64,000 bases of DNA, from NCBI GenBank assembly GCA_029976065.1, contig JARKNV010000063.1:6600-70599 (forward strand). Direction: 5' to 3'. Every line of letters begins with the position of its first letter. Within the stretch, counting starts at the first letter, position 1. Made by a program: the position numbers and the translations under genes. A model generated the notes under the pieces. That model was not told the DNA's origin, did not search any database, and saw only the letters and a program-made list of their open reading frames with translations. Positions 40,884-49,247 of the stretch are shown here, one piece after another. Source of the stretch: Selenomonadales bacterium (GTDB lineage: Bacteria > Bacillota > Negativicutes > Sporomusales > UBA7701).

Positions 40884-41894
40884 TTATTTCGGGATGAGGT
40901 TGTCGGGGATTTTGACGCCTTTTTCCTTGTAGTACTTTATGGCGCCGGGGTGGAGCGGGGTGGTGATGCCGTCGAGGGCTGTCGCGAGTTTTATGTATTT
41001 GCCGGCGGCATGGGCGGCGGCGATTTCGGCGCTTTTCTCGTAGAAGGTCTTGGTCAGTTCGTAGACGAGGTCGTCCTTGAGATCGGCCTTGCAGTAGAGT
41101 GCGGCTTGCATGCTGACGGTGTAGACGTCTTTTTCGTTGCCGTAGGTGCCGGCGGGGATGACGAACTGGCTGAAGAAGGGGTACTTGGCCTTCATTTTGT
41201 CGAACGTCGGCCCTTTGATTTCGATTATCTTGATTTTGCGGGCGGTCATGACGTCCTGGATGGCGGCCGCAGGTACGCTGAGAACGCCGAAGTTGGCGTC
41301 GATGTGGCCGTCCTTGAACTTGTTGGCGGCGTCGCCGAAGCCGGCGAATTCAGGTTTGAAGTCGGAGAACTGCAGGCCGTATTCGGCGAAGATGTCCTTG
41401 GAGATTACGGCTGTGCCGCTGCCCGTGGGACCGATGGCCACTTTTTTGCCTTTGAGGTCGGCAATGGAATTGGCGGGGCTGTCGGCGGCGACGAAACCTT
41501 GATAGACTTCGGGGTAGATGACGCCGATGGTGCGGAAGTTTTTGATGGCCTTGGTGTCCTTGAAGGCATCTCCCTCACCCTTCCAGGCCTGGTCGGCGAT
41601 GTTGTTCATGGCCATGCCGAGGTGGGCTTCGCCTTTGCCGATGCGCTTGATGTTCTCCACCGAGGCGCCGGACGGCTGGGAGGTAATCTGGACCTTGCCG
41701 GCGAGATGCTTGTTCCAAGTGTTGGCAATCGAGCCTCCGAGGGCGAAGTAGGTACCGCCGGTCGAGCCTGTTAGCAGAAATAACTGCTCGGTTTTCGGCT
41801 TGGCGGCCTGTTGGTCCCCGCCGCCGCAGCCTGCGGCCAGGGTGGCGAGCAGGAAAACCATGAGGACCAGGATGGCTGTGTTCCGAAGACGCAT
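40884..41894 (-). CDS. TAXI-family TRAP solute-binding lipoprotein
   Basis: AAGC lipobox, TGSTGGTYF, SGASVENI, IYPE, GPTGSGT, PLHPGA..YYKE. Confidence 0.95.
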   Translation of the reverse strand: MRLRNTAILVLMVFLLATLAAGCGGGDQQAAKPKTEQLFLLTGSTGGTYFALGGSIANTWNKHLAGKVQITSQPSGASVENIKRIGKGEAHLGMAMNNIADQAWKGEGDAFKDTKAIKNFRTIGVIYPEVYQGFVAADSPANSIADLKGKKVAIGPTGSGTAVISKDIFAEYGLQFSDFKPEFAGFGDAANKFKDGHIDANFGVLSVPAAAIQDVMTARKIKIIEIKGPTFDKMKAKYPFFSQFVIPAGTYGNEKDVYTVSMQAALYCKADLKDDLVYELTKTFYEKSAEIAAAHAAGKYIKLATALDGITTPLHPGAIKYYKEKGVKIPDNLIPK

Positions 41895-42042
41895 TTTTTT
41901 CTCCTCCTAAATTAATGTTTGCTTTATCGTGGAAATAAAAAAACCCGGACAGCTGCAAACAGGATGTGTTTGGTGTGGACGGGCGGCATTGCCTCGCGTG
42001 TTGCGTCGAGAGATATTCACAGTTTCCGATAACTTTAATAAT

Positions 42043-42071
42043 ATTATATGTTACTCCTCGCAAGAGGTCAA
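42043..42071 (-). promoter_or_regulatory. SigA-type promoter of the TAXI-TRAP operon
   Basis: Minus strand TTGACC-N17-TATAAT. Confidence 0.7.
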
Positions 42072-42502
42072 TGGATTTTGAAATTATTCATGCAAAAATT
42101 GTTGTAATTTGAATTATTTATATGACTCTATACAGGTAAATAAATTGAAAAACATAGCATTTTCAAGGCGTGACAGCCAATCGGCAATATGAAATCAAAT
42201 AAAATATGGTTTATTTCCTGCAACAAATATTATATTATGAAGCTAAACAACCACTAAGCATCGCCGCAGTGCCGCGCCAAAAACCGAACCCAAGGCGCCG
42301 GGGAGCGCCGGCAATAAAGACTCGCTTGCCGCGACCGCCCAAACGGACCAGGAAGGGTCATCCCTGCGCGGCAAACAACCCCATCACCCCCGGCCAGCTG
42401 GCAACGGGACGCGGCCGAGGGGCAGCCACGACCGGCTTTTTCGCCGCCAGGAAATTTACCCGGTTCCAAAAAACCAGCGAAAGTCAAACGATTGTTTGTT
42501 AA

Positions 42503-42609
42503 TGAATAAATCATTTCAATAATATCGATAATTAGAAATTATTAATTCAATTATACATTCGGATATTGTACTGTTTCATATTTGGTGATACAATGAAATT
42601 AAAATTTCA
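42503..42609. promoter_or_regulatory. Two candidate RpiR-family operators
   Basis: TGAATAAATCATTTCA (42503-42518) and TGAAATTAAAATTTCA (42594-42609), both TGAA-N8-TTCA. Confidence 0.55.
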
Positions 42610-42907
42610 CAGCATATAGTGTGTAATTATTTCTTTTAATTGGGGCCACAAGCCCAATTGGCGCTAGAATTTTTGATATTATTTAATTGTCTTTAATGAA
42701 GGATTTATGTCATTAAGGTATGTTCCTTGTCCGACAGGATAGTCGAATACCGTTTGATGATGTCTTTCCTGCGGCCGCCCCACCCTCTCCGGCGCCGCCA
42801 GGCCCCGATCCGGCACACCGCTGTTTTGCGGCCTGCTTTGTCCGCTGTGAACGTAACAATGGGGGTCATTGTTATATACATGTCGACTATATAAGGAGGC
42901 CAGTTCG

Positions 42908-44236
42908 ATGGACAATGTCTTTTACCGCAGTGTACGCAAAACACATCTGGAGGTCGATCACGGCGAAGGCGCCTATCTGTTCGACACCGCCGGCAACAAG
43001 TATCTCGACGCTTGCTGCGGCGCCGCCGTGTCTAACCTTGGCCACGCGCATCCCGAGGTGGTTACGGCGCTGACCGAGCAGGCCCGGAAGGTGGCGTTCG
43101 CCCACCTGTCCCGCTGGACGTCCAAGCCCATCCGCGAGCTGGCCGATCTGGTCAGCGGCCTGGCGCCCGGCTCGCTCAACAAGCTGTATCTCGTGTCCGG
43201 CGGCTCGGAGGCGACCGAGTCGGCGCTGAAGTTGGCCCGCCAGTATTACCTCGAACGGGACGGCAAAACGAGCAAATACCGGCTGATTTCGCGCTGGAAA
43301 GCCTTCCACGGCAATACCATCGGCTCGCTGTCGATGACCGGCGACAAGCGGCGGAAAAAGTACGCCCCGCTGCTGCTGAATTTCCCAAAAGCGGCCCCGT
43401 GTTACTGTTACCGCTGCGAGTTCGGCCAAAAGCCCGAGGTGTGCGGCGTAAACTGCGCGTATGACCTGGAGAGGATTCTGAAGCTGGAGGGCGCAGACAC
43501 CATCTCGGCCTTCATCGCCGAGCCGGTGGTCGGCGCGGCCTGCGGCGCGCTGGCGCCCCATCCGCAGTACTTCAAGATCATCCGCCAGATCTGCGACAAG
43601 TATGACATCCTGTTCATCGACGACGAGGTTATGGCCGGCTTCGGCCGCACCGGCTCGATGTTCGCCATCGACGATTATGGCGTTATTCCGGACATGATCT
43701 GCGTCGCCAAGGGGATGAGCGCCGGGTACGTGCCGCTCGGCGGCGTGATTGTCAAGGACGAGATTTTCGACGCCTTCGCGAAGGGGTCGGGGGTTTTCGT
43801 CCACGGCCACACCTACGGCGGCAACCCGCTGGCCGCAGCGACCGCGGCGGCGGTGGTCAAGATTCTCGTCCGCGACAAGCTCGCCGAGAACGCCCGCGTC
43901 GTCGGCAAGTACCTGCTGGATAAGCTGCAGGAAAAGGTGCTGCCGTTCTGGTTCGTCGGCGACGTGCGCGGCAAGGGGCTGATGCAGGGGGTGGAATTCG
44001 TCCGCGACAAGAAAACGAGGGAGCCCTTCCCGGTGGCCCAGGGGGTCGCGGAAAAGGTGACCCAGAAGCTCATCAAGCACGGTCTCATCGTCTACCCCGG
44101 CACCGGCAACGCCGACGGCGAAAACGGCGACCAGTTCCTGCTGGCGCCGCCGCTCAACCTCACCAAGGACCAGGCCGACGAAATCGTCGCCGCGATGGCG
44201 GCCGGCTTCGGCGAACTGGCAGGCGAACTCAGATAA
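42908..44236 (+). CDS. Class III PLP aminotransferase (YodT-like)
   Basis: SGGSEATESA, FHGNT, AEPVVG, DEVMAGFGRTG, AKGMSAGY, HGHTY, RGKGL; AAGGAGG RBS. Confidence 0.93.
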   Translation: MDNVFYRSVRKTHLEVDHGEGAYLFDTAGNKYLDACCGAAVSNLGHAHPEVVTALTEQARKVAFAHLSRWTSKPIRELADLVSGLAPGSLNKLYLVSGGSEATESALKLARQYYLERDGKTSKYRLISRWKAFHGNTIGSLSMTGDKRRKKYAPLLLNFPKAAPCYCYRCEFGQKPEVCGVNCAYDLERILKLEGADTISAFIAEPVVGAACGALAPHPQYFKIIRQICDKYDILFIDDEVMAGFGRTGSMFAIDDYGVIPDMICVAKGMSAGYVPLGGVIVKDEIFDAFAKGSGVFVHGHTYGGNPLAAATAAAVVKILVRDKLAENARVVGKYLLDKLQEKVLPFWFVGDVRGKGLMQGVEFVRDKKTREPFPVAQGVAEKVTQKLIKHGLIVYPGTGNADGENGDQFLLAPPLNLTKDQADEIVAAMAAGFGELAGELR

Positions 44237-44261
44237 TCGGGAAAGGCGAGGTAAGCATACA

Positions 44262-45071
44262 ATGGAGAAGCTGATCATCACCCTTGCTCCCACCGGCAAT
44301 GTCCCGACCCGCGAAATGACGCCCCATGTGCCCACCAGGCCCGAAGAAATAGCCAAAGACGCGGTTGAATGCTTCCATGCGGGAGCCTCGGTGCTGCACA
44401 TCCACGCCCGCGACGACGAAGGCAGGCCAACCCACCTGCACGATTACTTCGCCGACATTTTCGCGGCGCTGGACGATACCTGCTGCCCGATCATCCGCCA
44501 GATTTCAACCGGGGCCCGGGCGGGCAAAACGCCGGAGGACCGGGCGCAGGCCCTGGCGCTCAATCCCGCGTCGGCCAGCCTCTCGACCGGGTCGTCGAAC
44601 TTCCCCAATTCCCCCAATGTCAACGATCCGCCGCTGGTCCGCTTCCTGGCGAAAACGATGCTGGAGCGGAATATCAAGCCGGAGATCGAGGTCTTCGATA
44701 CCGCCATGATTTGGAACGCTCTCGATTTCAGGAAGGAAGGCCTGCTCAAGGACCCGCTGCAGTTCAACCTCGTCATGGGGGTGAAGGGGTCACAGCCGGC
44801 GACAGCCAAGCAGCTCTTCCACCTCGTCGAGTGCCTGCCGCCCGGCTGCGTCTGGTCGGTGTCGGCGGTCGGCCCGGCCCACGTGCCGCTGTCCACCATC
44901 GCCATCGCCCTCGGCGGCCACGTGCGGGTCGGCTTGGAGGACAACGTTTATTACGCGAAGGGCGTGCTCGCCACCAATCTGGCCCTGGTCCAGCGGATCG
45001 CCGCCATCGCCAAGGCCTTCGGCCGGGAGATCGCGACCGTCGAGGACACCAGGCGGATCCTAGGGCTGTAA
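44262..45071 (+). CDS. Beta-keto acid cleavage enzyme (BKACE/DUF849, Kce family)
   Basis: APTG, HIHAR Zn site, STG, SSNF, KPEIEVFD, GGHVRVGLEDN. Confidence 0.93.
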   Translation: MEKLIITLAPTGNVPTREMTPHVPTRPEEIAKDAVECFHAGASVLHIHARDDEGRPTHLHDYFADIFAALDDTCCPIIRQISTGARAGKTPEDRAQALALNPASASLSTGSSNFPNSPNVNDPPLVRFLAKTMLERNIKPEIEVFDTAMIWNALDFRKEGLLKDPLQFNLVMGVKGSQPATAKQLFHLVECLPPGCVWSVSAVGPAHVPLSTIAIALGGHVRVGLEDNVYYAKGVLATNLALVQRIAAIAKAFGREIATVEDTRRILGL

Positions 45072-45111
45072 AGAAGGATAAACCGTCAACAGGAAAAGAG
45101 AGAATATGGCT

Positions 45112-45153
45112 GAAAAGAGGCTATCCGCGGAAAACCGCGGATAGCCTCTTTTC
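45112..45153. terminator. Bidirectional terminator (perfect 19-bp stem)
   Basis: GAAAAGAGGCTATCCGCGG-aaaa-CCGCGGATAGCCTCTTTTC. Confidence 0.88.
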
Positions 45154-45171
45154 GTCCCCCGGGTGACGGGT

Positions 45172-46017
45172 TTATTCCTTGTGATAGATGTTCTGGCGCT
45201 GCCAGATGGCCTCGAACTCGGCCAGCGTCTGCCTGGTATGCTTGGGGCGCTCGGTGCCGACGGCGACGATGAGGGCGTTGATGAGCGACAACGGGGCGAC
45301 GAAGGAATCGACGAAGGTGGACATGTCCCGCTTGGCGAGGAGGACGATGTCGCTGTATTGGGCCAGCGCCGAGGTGTGGTCGTCGGTGATCGCGAGGGTC
45401 CGGGCGCCCTTTTCCCGGCAGAAGGCCATCGCTTCGACGGTCTGGCGGGTGTAGCGGCGGAAGGAGATGCCGATGACCAGGTCGTCCGCACCGACGTGGG
45501 CGAGGTCCTCGAACAGCGTGTCGGTCTTGGCGATCAGGCGGCTGTTCTTGAGCAGGATCTGCAGGTAAAAGTGCAGGAAGGTGGCCAACGATGCGGCGCT
45601 GCGCTGAGCGACGATGAAGATGTTCTTGGCGCGGGTCATGCTTCTTATCGCTTCCTGGAAGCTGGCCAGGTCCATCTCCTCGAGGGTAAGCCTGATGTTG
45701 GCGATGTCGTGCTCCATCACGTCTTTGAGGATCGAGCCTTGGGGAGTCTTGAGGGAGAACTCCAGCCGCTCGACGGTGGTGATCCTGTCCCGCACCATTT
45801 CGCTCATGGCCTTGACGAGCTGGGGATAGCCGTCATAGCCGAGGACGACGGCGAAGCGGACGACGGTGGCTTCGCTGACGCCGACCTCGCGGGACAACTG
45901 CTTGGCGGTCTGAAAAACCGCCTTGTCGTAGTTGTTGGAGATATATTCGGCAATCTTCTTTTGTTTCGGACTCATCTCGAAAAAATGTTCCTGAATCTTC
46001 TTCCCCAGTTGCTGCAC
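45172..46017 (-). CDS. MurR/RpiR-family regulator (HTH + SIS)
   Basis: VGVSEATVVRFA..LGYDGY, ISFRRYT, AITD...S.L. Confidence 0.94.
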   Translation of the reverse strand: MQQLGKKIQEHFFEMSPKQKKIAEYISNNYDKAVFQTAKQLSREVGVSEATVVRFAVVLGYDGYPQLVKAMSEMVRDRITTVERLEFSLKTPQGSILKDVMEHDIANIRLTLEEMDLASFQEAIRSMTRAKNIFIVAQRSAASLATFLHFYLQILLKNSRLIAKTDTLFEDLAHVGADDLVIGISFRRYTRQTVEAMAFCREKGARTLAITDDHTSALAQYSDIVLLAKRDMSTFVDSFVAPLSLINALIVAVGTERPKHTRQTLAEFEAIWQRQNIYHKE

Positions 46018-46236
46018 GACGACGCCTCCAGCAAAATGAATTCCCTACCGGCTCGCACCGTAAAAACAGAAGGAAATACTTCAATTATTATAACATATGC
46101 CGGACCGAATGACGAATACCGGCACATTGTTAAGCGCAGAGGGTCGCCCCCCACCGTGGCGCGCGGCCCGGAAAAAAGCCCCGTCAGCCGTTCGGGGGCG
46201 GCTGTCAGGGCCAGAAGGGGCGGTATTTCCCGGTTA

Positions 46237-46370
46237 GGTAATATGCGTGCAGCTGCAGGTATGGCGCCGGAGCTGCAGAAGGCACTGGAGGAAAAACGGG
46301 ACGACCAGTCCTTCCAGCAAAAGAGCGGCGACAAACGGCTCGTTCCACCTGAAAGCCGCCTCGGCCGAAG
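46237..46370 (-). pseudogene. Orphan 3' fragment of a homologue of the membrane-protein gene at 51662-53035
   Basis: Minus strand reads SAEAAFRWNEPFVAALLLEGLVVPFFLQCLL vs PAEVAFRWNGPFAAVLLVEGLVVLLIMQYLL*; no 5' part or start. Confidence 0.85.
46301..46370. repeat. Left copy of a diverged direct repeat (partner 51690-51759)
   Basis: 60/70 identical by manual ungapped alignment; core 46341-46367 is 26/27 identical. Confidence 0.9.
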
Positions 46371-46401
46371 GGCTGAGTGCCAGACCGCCGCGCCGCGCCC
46401 G

Positions 46402-46833
46402 TCAGTTGCTGAGAGGCCTCTGGGGCGGGGGGGCGGCGGGCCGGAGAGCGTCGGCCACCATTTTGGCTTGCTCCCTGGACAGGTCAGCGGCTTTCATCAG
46501 GTCGGCCTCCATGTCCGGTTTGTCTTTCTGCTTCTGCTCCAGGTACGCTTTACGTTCTTCGGGGCTCATGTCCTTCATGGCCGCGATATCGGCCTGACGT
46601 TCCTTGTCTTTTGCCCGCCAATGCTGCAAAACCCGTTCGGATTGATCTTTGCTGATCGCGCCGGTTTCGACGAGCTTGGCGAGTTTTTCCCCGAGCTGCC
46701 GCTCGATTTCCTGCGGGTTGGGCCCAGGCATGTTCTGACCGCACGGACCGCCGGCCAGAGCGAAGCCGCTCAGCGCCAGCAGCAGCAGAACCGTCAGCAG
46801 ACCGCAAACCGCCGTCTTAACGCGAATAATCAT
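46402..46833 (-). CDS. Exported helical protein, possibly Spy/CpxP-like
   Basis: GGGAGG RBS, signal peptide ending ALA, charged helices with ISKDQ, MSPEER and LSREQ (LTxxQ-like) motifs. Confidence 0.8.
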   Translation of the reverse strand: MIIRVKTAVCGLLTVLLLLALSGFALAGGPCGQNMPGPNPQEIERQLGEKLAKLVETGAISKDQSERVLQHWRAKDKERQADIAAMKDMSPEERKAYLEQKQKDKPDMEADLMKAADLSREQAKMVADALRPAAPPPQRPLSN

Positions 46834-46874
46834 TATTTGTCCCTCCCAGTAGTGTTTGCTTTTATTTTGAGGGA

Positions 46875-46897
46875 CGATTGTTACGGTTGTGTCACAA
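46875..46897 (-). promoter_or_regulatory. OmpR-type operator, copy 1
   Basis: Minus strand TTGTGACAcaaCCGTAACAATCG, then CAAAAT 5 nt downstream. Confidence 0.8.
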
Positions 46898-46904
46898 GAA
46901 TATT

Positions 46905-48389
46905 TCAGGATGGACAATTTTCCGCGGTCTTTGCCAGCGAGAACCAAAACACGACTCCGCCGGCGGTATTCTCGACGCCGTATGCGCCGCCATGCAGTTC
47001 CTGGATGGCGCGCACGACCGACAGCCCCAGGCCGCGACCGCCGAGCCCCCTGGCCCTCGCCTTATCGACCTTGTAGAAGCTCTGCCACAGGCTGTCAACA
47101 CTCGCCGCGGGAATCGGCCTGCCGGTATTGAATACGCTTGCCCGGAAGACGTCGCCTTCGTCCTCGGCGTCGATACGGATGAGCCGCTCGTCTTCGGTGT
47201 GGGCGATGGCGTTGTTCAGAAGGTTTGTTATCACCTGCTCGATTCGCAGCCGGTCGCCGTTAACCATCGCCGGCGACCGCCGTTCGATCCTAAGGGTGAT
47301 GTTTTTTTCCTTGAGGATAGCCCGGTATTTCTGAGCGATTTCGTCAAACAGCAGCGAAAGGTCGAAATCCGTCCTGTCCAGCCGGAAATAGCCGGCTTCG
47401 ATCTGGGAAAGGTCGAGCAAATCGTTGACCAGTTTGTCCATTTTTTCGGCTTCGTCGCCGATAACCGAGCAATAGTAGTCCCTGTCCGCCCGGTCGCGGG
47501 CGACGTTCTCCCGCAGCCCTTCGGCATACCCGAGGATGAGGGAGATCGGCGTTTTCAGTTCGTGCGAGACGCCAGAGACGAAATCCCGGCGCAGTTTATC
47601 GAGGTTGCGCTCTTTTTCCACGTCGACGGTCAGTTGCCTGTTTTTTTCGTTCAGCTCGGCAATCGCCTTGCTGAGCTGCCGGGACAGGTCGTTGACGCTC
47701 TGGCCGAGCCTGCCGACCTCGTCGTCGCTGGCGATGCGGCACCGCCGGGAAAAGTCAAGCCTGGATATGCTCGCCGCAACCTCGCTCAGCTCCTGCAGCG
47801 GCACGGTGAACTTCCTCGCGAAGAAAAAGGCCCAGATACAGCCGGCGAGAATCGCCAGCAAGCCGGAAAAGGCCATGAATTTGTTGGCGTAGGCCGCGCT
47901 TTCGGTCACGGCGGCCAGCGGGAGCCTCAATATAAGCATGTCGCCGCCGCTCAGCCGCCGCTTCAGCATGATGAATTTTATGTTGAGGCCCGGGTCATTC
48001 TGAATTTCGATTACGGAATTCCCGTCGACGTCTTCACTGGAGATAGTCGTCGCCGGGGACGGCGGCGGCGGGGGGCTGCCGGCAAAGGGTCTGCCGGGCG
48101 CCTGTCGTCTGGCCAGGCGCTCGAACGAGCTGTATTTCAAGTAGCCGCCGCTGTCGGTGATGATAGCGCTGACGCCGACGTTGTCGGCGATCCGCTCCAG
48201 TTCCAGGGCGATGTTCTTGTCGGCGGCGTACAGGGCGTCGATCTTAAGGCCGTTCTCGATCAAGCTGCGCTTTTTGTTGCGGATGTAGAAGTCCTCCAGG
48301 AACAGGGCGCTTAGGCACCACGCCGCCAGCACGAACAGGACCAGCAGGAAGCAGATATGCACGAACAATTTGGTTCTTATGGATATCAT
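46905..48389 (-). CDS. Sensor histidine kinase with HAMP domain
   Basis: DDEVGRLG, VSHELKTPI, NLLNNA, VFNTG, GRGLGLSVV. Confidence 0.95.
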   Translation of the reverse strand: MISIRTKLFVHICFLLVLFVLAAWCLSALFLEDFYIRNKKRSLIENGLKIDALYAADKNIALELERIADNVGVSAIITDSGGYLKYSSFERLARRQAPGRPFAGSPPPPPSPATTISSEDVDGNSVIEIQNDPGLNIKFIMLKRRLSGGDMLILRLPLAAVTESAAYANKFMAFSGLLAILAGCIWAFFFARKFTVPLQELSEVAASISRLDFSRRCRIASDDEVGRLGQSVNDLSRQLSKAIAELNEKNRQLTVDVEKERNLDKLRRDFVSGVSHELKTPISLILGYAEGLRENVARDRADRDYYCSVIGDEAEKMDKLVNDLLDLSQIEAGYFRLDRTDFDLSLLFDEIAQKYRAILKEKNITLRIERRSPAMVNGDRLRIEQVITNLLNNAIAHTEDERLIRIDAEDEGDVFRASVFNTGRPIPAASVDSLWQSFYKVDKARARGLGGRGLGLSVVRAIQELHGGAYGVENTAGGVVFWFSLAKTAENCPS

Positions 48390-49057
48390 TTGCCCACCTC
48401 AAACCGGTAGCCGAAGCCGCGAATGGTCTGGATAACGGCGCCTTTGTCGCCAAGTTTCGTGCGGACGCGGTTTATGTGGGTATCGACCGTCCGCAGATCG
48501 CCGTAGTAATCGTAGTCCCAGACATTGTTGAGGATTTGTTCCCGGCTCAAGGCCTGGCCTTTATTGACGGCCAAATAATAGAGCAGTTCGTATTCCTTGG
48601 GGCTGAGCTCCAGGCGGCAGCCGTCTACGGATACGCACCGAGCGCCGGGATCGATTTCAAGCCCTGCACAGGCGATGGTAGCGGCGCCGCCGTTTTCGGC
48701 GCGGCGGAAAAAGGCGTTGACCCGCGCGGTGAGCACCCGGGGGCTGAAAGGCTTGGTAATGTATTCGTCGGCGCCGATCTCAAAGCCGAACAACTGGTCG
48801 ATCTCTTCGCCCTTCGCCGTCAGCATGATAACCGGGACGCCGGATTGCCTGCGAATCTCGCGGCAGACCGTCCAGCCGTCGCTGCCCGGCATCATTACGT
48901 CGAGAATAACCAGATCTACTTTTTCCCGGCGGAATTTGTCAAGCGCCTCCTGTCCATTGGCGGCCTCGATGATTGCGTAGCCTTCGCGGCAAAGGAAATC
49001 GGCGATCAATTTTCTCATCCGGTGTTCGTCGTCGGCTATCAGAATCGTTTTGTTCAT
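48386..49057 (-). CDS. OmpR-family response regulator
   Basis: ILIADDE, LDVMMP, GADEYITKPF, RTVDTHINR, IQTIRGFGY. Confidence 0.95.
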   Translation of the reverse strand: MNKTILIADDEHRMRKLIADFLCREGYAIIEAANGQEALDKFRREKVDLVILDVMMPGSDGWTVCREIRRQSGVPVIMLTAKGEEIDQLFGFEIGADEYITKPFSPRVLTARVNAFFRRAENGGAATIACAGLEIDPGARCVSVDGCRLELSPKEYELLYYLAVNKGQALSREQILNNVWDYDYYGDLRTVDTHINRVRTKLGDKGAVIQTIRGFGYRFEVGK

Positions 49058-49172
49058 GAAGCGTCTCCGTGATGCAGCAGATTCTAGCTATAGAATAAGG
49101 TTATTGCCGCTTTCCGTCAATAATGGCATATGCCGCCTTTTCGCATGAAAAAACCGCTTCTCCGGGCAATTT

Positions 49173-49206
49173 TTGTGACAAGACCGTAACAATCGGGTGC
49201 CATAAT
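49173..49206 (+). promoter_or_regulatory. OmpR-type operator, copy 2, with -10 element
   Basis: TTGTGACAagaCCGTAACAATCG, then CATAAT 5 nt downstream; 21/23 identical to copy 1. Confidence 0.8.
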
Positions 49207-49247
49207 TAAGCAATAAGGGTATTTTGCCGCATAAGCGAGGTCAATGT

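Noticed and set aside
42707-43073. Short ORFs upstream of the aminotransferase (MSLRYVPCPTG*; 117-aa ORF at 42720)
   Set aside because: No recognisable motif; the longer one overlaps the real gene out of frame.
46243-46350. Plus-strand reading PELQKALEEKRDDQSFQQKSGDKRL resembles the C-terminus of amino-acid-binding proteins
   Set aside because: The minus strand matches 51690-51759 at the nucleotide level, so this is the antisense of the membrane-protein remnant.
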